Origin: Macrostomum lignano
Lineage: Eukaryota
NCBI GenBank assembly: GCA_002269645.1
Contig: NIVC01000077.1
Location: forward strand, 186,001 to 250,000
Direction: 5' to 3'
DNA length: 64,000 nt
Shown here: in pieces, positions 10,351 through 19,259 of the stretch
Position numbering within the stretch: position 1 is the first letter of the stretch
Layout: every line of letters begins with the position of its first letter
Translations under genes and position numbers: made by a program
Notes under the pieces: model-generated
Seen by the model: the letters and a program-made list of their open reading frames with translations, nothing else
What the model was told of the DNA's origin: nothing
The model's database searches: none

Positions 10351-11136
10351 TTAAACCTGTTTTATCCGTAAAATTATTGTTATTGACTGTCCACCAAAAC
10401 TTATTAATCTATCGCTTTCATCTACAATCCTAATATAAATTGATTGAACACTATATTGATTTAAAGGATAATATATTGGGGTTTGGGGTGCAACAATCAT
10501 TTTCTCTCCAATTGGAACAGCAAGAAATGGGATGGAATAAATAATTCCACGTTGAACCAAAACTCCGTTATCATCTGTTATATAACCGCCGTTTGATATG
10601 TCGGTTGTTATATTAATTGTATTAACTCCACCCTCAATATTTCCAACGGTATCGCCAGTGCTTGATGTGGTAACGATTCGGGAATTAAATCCGAGTATGG
10701 TTCTGAGTGAATTTGCAATTGTGAAATCAACCTGATATCCAGATTCTAGTGATAGCGTGAATCTGCCAGATGGTAAATCAACCCCTATAACAATCGCGCC
10801 TGCTACCCAATCGCCATTAGCTGTTAATTCTCCTTCTATATAAGCATTCAAATCGGTATAGGAATATGCTCCTGGGTTAACGCTAAATGTTGTCCAATTG
10901 GCTCCGGAATCTTTAGAATATCTAAATTGATTATTTGTTGCATTAATTAATTGAGGCATGTTAAAAACTGAAAATAGTATCAAACCTATTTGATAACTTA
11001 GGCTTTGATCGAGTTGTAACGGATCGCGCAATCGAATCAGTTGCTCACTTCTTGTCATTATAAACTGTAAGGTTGTACTAAATTTTGAATTAGTTCGATC
11101 TACCAATTGTTTTATAGTATCCAAATTTGTAGCCAT
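10351..11136 (-). CDS. Minor capsid protein (penton, single jelly-roll)
   Basis: N(Q)F.Y, PG.YS..DLN, P..PIYYPL and IRIVDE..RLI.F.G...TI.LRI motifs typical of Polinton pentons; position next to the ATPase. Confidence 0.88.
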   Translation of the reverse strand: MATNLDTIKQLVDRTNSKFSTTLQFIMTRSEQLIRLRDPLQLDQSLSYQIGLILFSVFNMPQLINATNNQFRYSKDSGANWTTFSVNPGAYSYTDLNAYIEGELTANGDWVAGAIVIGVDLPSGRFTLSLESGYQVDFTIANSLRTILGFNSRIVTTSSTGDTVGNIEGGVNTINITTDISNGGYITDDNGVLVQRGIIYSIPFLAVPIGEKMIVAPQTPIYYPLNQYSVQSIYIRIVDESDRLISFGGQSITIILRIKQV

Positions 11137-11154
11137 TTTTTATAGTGGATAAAA

Positions 11155-11919
11155 CTAAGTCTCTTCTTCCTCATTATCTTCTTTTATCAGATTTGTTAAG
11201 ATTCGATGTTTCCTTTCTAACCTGGGGTTGATATATATGTGTTTGTATTGGCTATCATCCCAAATTTTTTTACACATACTTTTAAATGGTTTGGTATCCA
11301 ACCCAGGATTAAATCTAGCGTGTATATTTTGTAAATCATATTTATCTAAATCAAACATTACACAACAGCTAGCATTCTTTTTTATAATTGATTCTAATTC
11401 TCTAAAAGATTGAGTAAGATAAAATGCTCCAATTCCATCTCCTCTACCACTAACAAAAATTTCCTTTTGCAATTCTTGATCGCCGTCATTAATACAATCA
11501 TCAAAAATAATTAGTGTTTTATCATGTTTTGGAATTTGATCATAGGATAATCGGGTTGATACTCTAACAGTTGGGGATCTCTCGGTGGTGTTTTCTGATA
11601 TTTGTGCCGTTGTTTTACATAAATCCTCAATGTCATCGAGTGTAAATCTTGGTTCATCATCGTCCTCATATTGCTCATATGCTCTTAACATTCTAAACAT
11701 AATATCTTTTTTTAATTTGTTTTTTAATCCATGTTTAAGAAATTCATAATATTTTATTTTAGGTTTGTTAGTATATATTAATAAATTATTATAGTCTAAC
11801 ATTCCATCTGTTGTTAATAAATCGTAAACAAAGTGTGTTTTTCCTTTACCTGATCCTCCGATTACTAAACAAAGAAAAGGATCATTTGGAAATATCTTAT
11901 TGTGTTTTGCTTTTACCAT
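11155..11919 (-). CDS. FtsK/A32-like genome packaging ATPase
   Basis: Walker A GGSGKGKT, Walker B LIIFDD, YLTQS motif. Confidence 0.95.
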   Translation of the reverse strand: MVKAKHNKIFPNDPFLCLVIGGSGKGKTHFVYDLLTTDGMLDYNNLLIYTNKPKIKYYEFLKHGLKNKLKKDIMFRMLRAYEQYEDDDEPRFTLDDIEDLCKTTAQISENTTERSPTVRVSTRLSYDQIPKHDKTLIIFDDCINDGDQELQKEIFVSGRGDGIGAFYLTQSFRELESIIKKNASCCVMFDLDKYDLQNIHARFNPGLDTKPFKSMCKKIWDDSQYKHIYINPRLERKHRILTNLIKEDNEEEET

Positions 11920-11967
11920 TTTTAAGGAAATAATTTATATAGGCGCGACGTGCTTTGCACTGCGACA

Positions 11968-13440
11968 CTAAAGTGGCGCGTCCTGAACTATGGTTCCGTC
12001 AGCCCGTGCAATTGCCATGTATTCCTCGAGAAACAAAACGTGGGCGTCAACCGCCTGATTTCCGGTTTTATTAATCTCTAACATATAATTAAGTCCAACA
12101 TTGGATACATTTTCTTTCTGTGCCGTTAGGTCAAAAACAGACACTGGATGAATGTTTAGAAACTCGGTGGGTGTGTACTGAGGAACCGCATACACTTCAT
12201 TTTTGACATAATCCTGATAATATTTTATAAAATCATTAACATCATTATTACCTATATTAAGATTAAGGGGTTCTTTAACCGGATAATACTGATCATCAAC
12301 CTGTAGGCGAATATTCTGAAGATTAAATGCGTTTATTGCTGAAGCTGCGGTATCGGTTGCCGTGGCTGCTTGGTCTGCTACTGCATCAGATTGAATCCAA
12401 TACAAATCACCGTTTGCACGTTTGCTAGTTCTATTTGTTATTTTAAACCAAACAAATATATATCTCACCCGACGTTTTGATGTTAATATTTGCCATTGGA
12501 ATGAATCCTGATTGTTATTAATGGTGCGCATAAAATGTCGACGATTCAAATAAAATATTTCTTGATCAACCATTAACTGATTATCAATATGTTTTAATAG
12601 CGGAGCCGTTACCTCAATGGTTGGTACGACTAATTGAATTGAAACTATTCTAAGTGCTATATCGGTTGAGGTTGAAGTTCCAAAAAGTATCCTACCCTGA
12701 TATCCACCAGATATTTGCAACTGTACCCCAAATTTTAATCCTTTCCATACCCGATTTGGTGAGAAGAACCCAAACAGTGGAAAGATTGAAAAGTCTTGCT
12801 CGTAAGCTGTTGCGTTGGTTAAAACCGCGACTGGGAATTTATTCTGACGATCTAGGAATCCCGTGTTTATGTTTTTAGGGTTGGTTAGAGTTGTTACAAC
12901 TGGAACTATGTTTGTATTAAGGTAATTAATAAGAGCTGCGGTATCTGCACCGGCTGCTGGTGCTACGTTAGGAAAATTTATTGCTCCACCATCTCCCTTA
13001 TCGGGCATCCATCCAACATTATCACCAACCTGTTTTGATAAATAAGTATAATTTAAATGTTTAAGAACTCCATTAATCTCTGCGGGGTTTGTTGATGTTT
13101 CAACCTCAGCTCCGTTAATTCTTAGTTGAGCTTGGGAAAAACATTTATAAAACCAATCGTTCTCGATAACAATACCAGCGCGGTCTGCTATATCACCAGC
13201 TCCAAGAGCCGTTCCGTCATTTCGTGTATATAACCATCTAACACGGAAAAACGCATTTTTCATATCCAGTATTGTATTAGTTGCACCAACATCAAAAGTT
13301 ACCGTTCCAGTAGTAAAATTGTTTGAATTATCGCTTGTTGGTAGGGTATAATTTAAATCTCTTGCCCTGACCTCATTAATATACTGGCGGTGCTTTTTGA
13401 AATAATACTTATCACTCCATCTGGTTTTTGTTTCAGCCAT
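11968..13440 (-). CDS. Major capsid protein (double jelly-roll)
   Basis: 490-aa beta-rich protein with FSQAQLRING.EVE, NL.NIRLQVD..YYP and YP(V)SVFDLTAQKE-type motifs; adjacent to ATPase and penton. Confidence 0.88.
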   Translation of the reverse strand: MAETKTRWSDKYYFKKHRQYINEVRARDLNYTLPTSDNSNNFTTGTVTFDVGATNTILDMKNAFFRVRWLYTRNDGTALGAGDIADRAGIVIENDWFYKCFSQAQLRINGAEVETSTNPAEINGVLKHLNYTYLSKQVGDNVGWMPDKGDGGAINFPNVAPAAGADTAALINYLNTNIVPVVTTLTNPKNINTGFLDRQNKFPVAVLTNATAYEQDFSIFPLFGFFSPNRVWKGLKFGVQLQISGGYQGRILFGTSTSTDIALRIVSIQLVVPTIEVTAPLLKHIDNQLMVDQEIFYLNRRHFMRTINNNQDSFQWQILTSKRRVRYIFVWFKITNRTSKRANGDLYWIQSDAVADQAATATDTAASAINAFNLQNIRLQVDDQYYPVKEPLNLNIGNNDVNDFIKYYQDYVKNEVYAVPQYTPTEFLNIHPVSVFDLTAQKENVSNVGLNYMLEINKTGNQAVDAHVLFLEEYMAIARADGTIVQDAPL

Positions 13441-13474
13441 TTTTTATAGTTAAAAAAGTTTTTTATGTTAAAAA

Positions 13475-14146
13475 ATGAGTCAATTTATGGATGTTGATGG
13501 AGAGTTAGAGATTTATAAAGATAAGCAAAGATATTCTGATTTTGTTAGAAATTTACAAAAAAGAAAGTTAGGAATACAATTAGCTGGCGAAAGATTTGCT
13601 GCTCCTTTTGTTAATCCGATTACGGAGAAAGTTAGTGAACTAGAAAAAACAGATAAAGACCTTCTAGAAAAAATTGCTAAGAATACCGAGCCAAAAGAGG
13701 ATGAAATTTTGGATGAGCCGCCTGCTTATGATGTTGATCAAGCATTATTGAGAGTTGCAGAAATTAGGGCTGCAGAAAGGGGTGGAGTTGAACAATATCC
13801 GAGAGCTGCACCACAAAGTATTGCTGTGCGAGATTTAGATAATAATAATTATCGAATTGGTGGAGTTGTTAAAAATCAGAATGAGCTATATAGAGAATTG
13901 GGTGGAGCATATAATATTATTATGAACCCGAGGGTAAAATTTAATCCTGATTTATATACTAGGGATGAATTAGTAAGTGCTAAAATTTTTTATGATGAGT
14001 TAGGAGAAAGAGCTGCTAAAAATACCAGTTTGTATAAAAGGATTGTTGATTCTATAAATAACAAACCGGTTGTTGGAGAAGGATTTAAAACTCCACGAAA
14101 ACTTGTTTTAGCTGCTGCGAAAGCTGCTGGACATACAGGAGTTTAA
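13475..14146 (+). CDS. Polinton PZ-like core protein (223 aa)
   Basis: C-terminal GEG-F...LVLAAAKAAGHTG resembling the PZ AGN/AGH motif. Confidence 0.55.
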   Translation: MSQFMDVDGELEIYKDKQRYSDFVRNLQKRKLGIQLAGERFAAPFVNPITEKVSELEKTDKDLLEKIAKNTEPKEDEILDEPPAYDVDQALLRVAEIRAAERGGVEQYPRAAPQSIAVRDLDNNNYRIGGVVKNQNELYRELGGAYNIIMNPRVKFNPDLYTRDELVSAKIFYDELGERAAKNTSLYKRIVDSINNKPVVGEGFKTPRKLVLAAAKAAGHTGV

Positions 14147-14173
14147 TTAATTGTTAAATTTATTTTTTATAAA

Positions 14174-14689
14174 ATGGAAAATACGATAAAAAATTGTCTT
14201 TGTAAACCTATTTATGATAAGGCTGGTTCTGACAGAATACTAAATAAGATATTTCAAAATGAATTAATAATTGCAAACCGTATTAAAACAATTCAAATGA
14301 GACTTGGATATCTTTATGAATTATTAGCTATTGAACATTTTGGTTTTGAAAAAATAAACAAAATTGATTTAATTCATACCGAAAGAAAAATTGCGTTAGA
14401 ATTAAAATCTTCTGATAATACAGATAATTTATCAAGTAGATTTAGAAATATTCAAAAGTTATTAGAATTTAAATATGTTAATCCCGAATTTGATTTATAT
14501 TATATTTGCATTAATAATACTACTAAAAACCCCGTACAAAAGGTATTTGATAATGGAGTTACCTTTTTAACTGGGGAATTTGCTTTAAATTTTTTATATG
14601 GTGATCAATATTTGGAAATTATTAAAATGATAGAAACGTGTTTTTCAAAGATTAAAAATGAGCAACCGAACGAAGTTCGCGAACCGTAG
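14174..14689 (+). CDS. Free-standing PD-(D/E)xK restriction-like endonuclease (171 aa)
   Basis: GYLYE helix, IDL, ALELKSSDNTDN pattern as in type II REase/PD-(D/E)xK folds; no methyltransferase in the visible element. Confidence 0.7.
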   Translation: MENTIKNCLCKPIYDKAGSDRILNKIFQNELIIANRIKTIQMRLGYLYELLAIEHFGFEKINKIDLIHTERKIALELKSSDNTDNLSSRFRNIQKLLEFKYVNPEFDLYYICINNTTKNPVQKVFDNGVTFLTGEFALNFLYGDQYLEIIKMIETCFSKIKNEQPNEVREP

Positions 14690-16264
14690 GTTCGACCAAT
14701 TAGTATTTGAAGGAGGATTTTTAGACTTACAAAAAGGATTAACAAGCTTACCGAGTATTTTTACTACTGGAAGGTATACAAATGAATTACACCTGCCGTC
14801 GTATAATTTCACAGGTTACCCCGTGGCCTGAGTGAGGAAGTCAATGTCCTTGCTAGTCACTATTTGTGGCGACATCTTCAAATTGCGTGAAACCCGTCAT
14901 ACAGCTTCAAGTACCACTTCAATTGAGAAATCTTTTGAAGGAACAGAGGTAACTCCTCTTCCCAACGGTAACAAGCTTGAAGACATGGTGGCAATGCGCA
15001 GCCAAGCTCCTAAGTCGGTCGATATGGAGAAGGTTCAGAGAGCAGACGGAGATGGGCGGTAATTTAACCGCTTAAGGTGTGCTCCAGCCTCTTTCGAAAG
15101 ATTGAGGGTAAACTACCCGGCACTAAGTTAGATTTGAGATTAAATCCTGATGACACTCCAAAAGCTGATTCAATTCCCATTAACGGTATTGATTGGTTAG
15201 CATATTATCATGACTTAGCATACAGAGATGCTGATAAGAACTCACCCGAGGAAGCATTAAGATTAAAACATGAAGCCGATAGAAAAATGATTCAAGGATT
15301 AGATAACTTACAAGGATTATCGGTAAGCCAAAGATTAACTCGGTGGATGGTTAAAAAGATTCTGCAATCTAAAGTTAAATTTGGTTTGGGAATTAATTAC
15401 AATCAACATGGAAATAATTGTGTTGAGTGTTTATTATTAAGTGGCAGTGGGTTAAGTTCTGATGAGGCAAAGATTCTTCATAAAGAATATCGAAAACCTA
15501 AATTTTATAGAAAAATCATGAACTTCAAAAAGAATGAAATTTGGTATGCTGATTTAATGTCGATGCCGAGCGACAGAGGATATAAATATATTTTAACCAT
15601 ATTAGATGGTTTTACTAGATACGCGTGGGCTGTTCCTTTAAAATCCAAAAAAGGAGAGGAGGTTGCTGCTGCTTTTAGAAGTCTTGGAGAAAAAAGCGAA
15701 CGGTTGTGTGTTGATGAGGGAAAAGAATTTTACAATCCTCATATGTATAAATTATATCATTTTGAAAAAGGAAAAGAAAGGATGAAGGACGCGAATGGGG
15801 AGTATATTAATAAAATTTATTCTATTTATGGAGAAAGTAAAAACGCATTAATAGAAAGATTTAATCGAACTTTGGGGAAGAAATTGTGGTTTCAGTTTAG
15901 TCTTAATGGAAACCAAAAGTGGGTAAAAATATTACCAGACGTCGTGAAAGATTATAATAATTCATATCATTCAGCAATAAAGATGACTCCTCAACAAGCT
16001 TATAACAATCCTGAAAACGTTAAAGTTACTTTTGGAAAATTTGAAAAAAATAAAAAGAAATCTTTTAAGGTTGGTGATTCTGTTTATATCTATAAATGGA
16101 AAAATAAGTTTGAAAAGGGAAGAAAAGGATATTGGAAAATTAGTGAGAAATTTACTATCAGTAAAGTTTTAAATACAAATCCTACAACCTATATAATTGC
16201 TGATAAGGATGGTGAAGAAATATTAGGTTCGTTTTATGAGAATCAACTAATATCAGCGAACTAA
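14658..16264 (+). CDS. PLA2-integrase fusion (exon 1 14658-14816, exon 2 15116-16264; 435 aa spliced)
   Basis: Joining gives ELHLPSYNFTG|PGTKL (PLA2 Ca loop), then HDLAY and HEAD (PLA2 catalytic), then rve DDE motifs WYADL, LCVDEGKEF, IERFNRTL. TAAAAATG start at 14658. Confidence 0.9.
14817..15115 (+). ncRNA. Group I self-splicing intron (IC1-like fold), 299 nt, no internal ORF
   Basis: P1 with U.G (exon CAGGU/GCCUG 14826-30); P3 CAUCUUC/GGAGAUG; P AAAUUGCGUGAAA; Q AAUGCGCAGCC; P5abc with A-rich bulge and GAAA L5b; 11-nt receptor CCUAAG/UAUGG; P7 GAGCA/UGCUC; P8; P9 with GAAA loop; P9.0 AG/CU. Confidence 0.95.
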
Positions 16265-16274
16265 GTTCGAACAA

Positions 16275-16442
16275 TTACTTGAGACAACATGGTAGTAAAT
16301 TTTTTATAACAAACAAAAACAATATTATTACTATTATTGTTACTAATATAATTATTGAAATTTGTTCAACAGATATCAAACTTAAATTTTCATTAAGTTC
16401 ATTAATCGGCACATTTCCGATGTAGGAGTAATTTACCTTCAT
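16275..16442 (-). CDS. Small single-pass membrane protein (55 aa; below ORF-track cutoff)
   Basis: MKVNYSY...ISIIILVTIIVIILFLFVIKNLLPCCLK*; TAAAAAATG start. Confidence 0.55.
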   Translation of the reverse strand: MKVNYSYIGNVPINELNENLSLISVEQISIIILVTIIVIILFLFVIKNLLPCCLK

Positions 16443-16501
16443 TTTTTATATATATTTTTCATAATAAATGTTGTTTCTGTTATAGAATAATAGTTCATTT
16501 T

Positions 16502-16816
16502 TTACATAAAAATTTCAATTTCATTCTCAGAATCACTAGTTTCATATGAGCTATTTGTTGAGTTGGAATCGTCTGAACGAACCTCCCAATCATCCGAATT
16601 TAAATAATCTCCAAGTTGAAATATTAACTCACCCTCTTGTTCTAAATCATACATCTCATCCAACTCTAATGGATAAAGTTTTGGGTCGTGCTTGTCGTCA
16701 TACTTTAAATAAACTTCATCAATTATTCCATTCAAAATATGTTGTTTTATTATCTCTGCATTTTTAGCAACAGTCTCAAAAGTATCACTAACAGAAAAGG
16801 TGTAAACTCGGGTCAT
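16502..16816 (-). CDS. Acidic hypothetical protein (104 aa)
   Basis: ORF with TAAAAATG start adjacent to the terminal repeat. Confidence 0.6.
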   Translation of the reverse strand: MTRVYTFSVSDTFETVAKNAEIIKQHILNGIIDEVYLKYDDKHDPKLYPLELDEMYDLEQEGELIFQLGDYLNSDDWEVRSDDSNSTNSSYETSDSENEIEIFM

Positions 16817-16859
16817 TTTTAGTAACAGAAAAAGACCCTTCGCGCCTGCGGCGCGTGCG

Positions 16860-17211
16860 AGGGGTTATAGAGATTTGGATGTGTTAGAAGTGTTGGGGAG
16901 TGTTGGAAGAATTGGGATGTGTAGTAGTAGGTAAAAAGACGAGTACAGATCAGCCCTTTTTAAATGGCCGTTTATAAGGTTCCAGAGGGGGGACACGAGG
17001 GGGCTAATTCAAAGAGTTGGGGATGGGTTATATTGATTTGTGGTATTAAGGGGTGTTGTGGGTGATTAGGTGTGTTATGGGGTGTTATGGGTGTGTTATG
17101 GGTGTTTAGATGTGTTTTTTTATTTCCCCCCCCCCGTGTCCCCCCTCTAGACCCTTAAAACGGCTGTTAAAAAAGCGTGCTGGGTCTGTACTCGTCTTTT
17201 TACCTACTACT
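16860..17211. repeat. Polinton right terminal region (TIR; inner boundary uncertain) with internal inverted copy of the terminus
   Basis: Non-coding GT-rich short repeats; AGTAGTAGGTAAAAAGACGAGTACAGA at 16923 is the exact reverse complement of 17185-17211. Confidence 0.85.
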
Positions 17212-19022
17212 AAGAACAAATATTGCTTAATTATAATCCAGCCTTTGTGAAAAAGAAAATTTAAGGTCCAATCAGGCCAGACCTAGTCTTCAAACAATTT
17301 TTTTATCTAAATACGATTAGAAAATAATCCTCCTAAAACTGAAATGCGAAATTACACCCAACATTTTCTCTCATGAAGCATGTAGACTGTGTGGAGCGAG
17401 AAATGGTTCCGATATCCTACACTACTTGACCGAATGTCCACAAACTGAAAAGATCAGAAAAAAATACTTCTGTCAGTACCTCTTAAATGACAAGCAAGTA
17501 CACAAGTTAGGATATGCTACAAATGAAAAAAGAGTCAGAAAAGAGCTCACTGGTGTAGCTAAAATATATGAAGTCATGAATAGCTTAAACAGTTATGCAA
17601 ACTGAAACAGACATATCAGCAGTGTAATAAATCCGCTTTTCATTTGTTTATTCATTTACTGTCTTTTTAATTTCCTATTTAATTAGCATTTAATTAGTAT
17701 TTAATTAGTTTCCTATCTAATACCTATTTAAATCGTCGTTATTCGTTAAACGTAAAGTTCTTTCGAAGTATGTTCATGTTCGTTTTTCACGCTTTGAAAT
17801 ATTGCGCGCTTGCAAAATACTACATCTTTTTACAAAAAACGCTCTTTCAAATACCTTAATAATTTTACAAATATCGTAACTCGCATCGTAACTCGTGAAA
17901 AAAATTTAACCTTTTGAACTTAATCGTAATTAAACAACTAATGCTAAAATATCTTAAATACACAGAAATATACTGGCCAAACAGGCTTCTTGCCTGAGCC
18001 AACTTACTACTACTGAAAAAAATGATGCTTATAGTCAGAAGAACAACAGAACAACAGGCTCGCTCCTTAGGCTTACATTGATTTGCGATGGTCTGATAAT
18101 GCACTTTACAAATTTACACATAAAAGTAAGAGCTGGCTCGCTATTACATATACTTGTAGTAGATTATATTCGTTCCGGTGACAAGCAAAGGTTAGGCCTA
18201 TGTCGGACGTCGGTGCAGATCGCTTCATCACCGACTGTTACCGACCCCAAGCCCAAGCCCCAAGGCCTTGCACTTGCACATGGCAGGCAGGCAAGTATTA
18301 AGGACCACGCCAAACTGTTAGGGGCCTATACTACTTAAGTGGTCCTTGGTCTGGTTACTGCTTCCAGACAAATGGAAAAGCAATGACAAAATTGTTTTCT
18401 GTGGTCTCCCCATGCATTTTAGGCCTGAGCCTGAGGTTCCTAGTCATTTCGTCATCTGGGTGTCTGGGGTGCTCACCTCAACTTGCTGCAGCTTAATAGT
18501 TAATAAAAACAAAAAAAATGGTTTACACTAACTCGAATCTCACACAGATTAATTGGTTGATGAAGAAGCATCCAGCATAACTAAATATTTGGTCACTTCG
18601 TCATATTATTTTTCAAGCTACTTTGCTTCTGGTCACTTTGTCATCCGATATGACGAAATGGAATATGACGATCTGACCAGTGACCAGTGACCGAGCCTGA
18701 GGGCTAGGCCTAAGCTAAAGCCTCACTTTAAAAAAATTGTTTGAAAGGTCTTGCCATGCCTATTTTATTTTTGTATATTACTATTACTAAGTTAAGTATG
18801 CTTATTTATTAATATTGGCATACTTAATGAATAAATACTAAGAGGCTAATTAGTATTTATAATTAGGTCTAGGCCCCCTAGTATTAGATTTATTTTTATA
18901 AGTAGATTTAAAGGAAGGCCAAGGCCACAGAAATAAAAAGGTTAAAATCAATTTTATTCTTAGGTAGGCCTCTACTATAGAAACTGGTTAGGCCTAAGAC
19001 ATGTAAAAGTCATATCAAAAAT

Positions 19023-19135
19023 GGGCTATCCTGCATTTTCGTTCGTTAAATTATTTCCGGAATTATTTCGCCCTCTATTCAAGGGTGGTGGGGGGTGGGT
19101 GTTGGAATTAAACGAACGAAAATGCAGGATAGCCC
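19023..19135. mobile_element. 113-bp MITE
   Basis: Perfect 25-bp TIR GGGCTATCCTGCATTTTCGTTCGTT; AAAAAT on both flanks (possible 6-bp TSD). Confidence 0.8.
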
Positions 19136-19259
19136 AAAAATGTATTAAAATTATTTGAATCATCTCAACTTGAATTGCAACTCTAATAGGCTTTACTATA
19201 TTACTATAATTTAGATTTTATATTATTGTATATTAGGTCTAGTATGTTAAGGTTAATTG

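Larger units (their letters stand above)
1..17211. mobile_element. Polinton/Maverick (polintovirus/adintovirus-like endogenous virus), right portion; left end outside window
   Basis: Co-occurrence of pPolB, adenain, penton, packaging ATPase, major capsid protein and rve integrase in a compact AT-rich intron-poor block. Right terminus ...TTTTTACCTACTACT at 17211 (reverse complement AGTAGTAGG, typical Polinton end). Expected 6-bp TSD AAGAAC at 17212-17217. Confidence 0.97.

Noticed and set aside
14832-15062. 76-aa ORF inside the intron as a homing endonuclease
   Set aside because: No LAGLIDADG, HNH, GIY-YIG or His-Cys motifs; it merely overlaps the ribozyme core
15077-15115. ORF-track GTG start for the integrase ORF
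   Set aside because: It lies inside the intron (P7-P9); the real start is ATG 14658 via splicing
14815-15115. Spliceosomal GT-AG explanation of the insert
   Set aside because: Joining GT 14815 to the nearby AGs (15100, 15106) gives immediate stops, while the group I fold explains both boundaries
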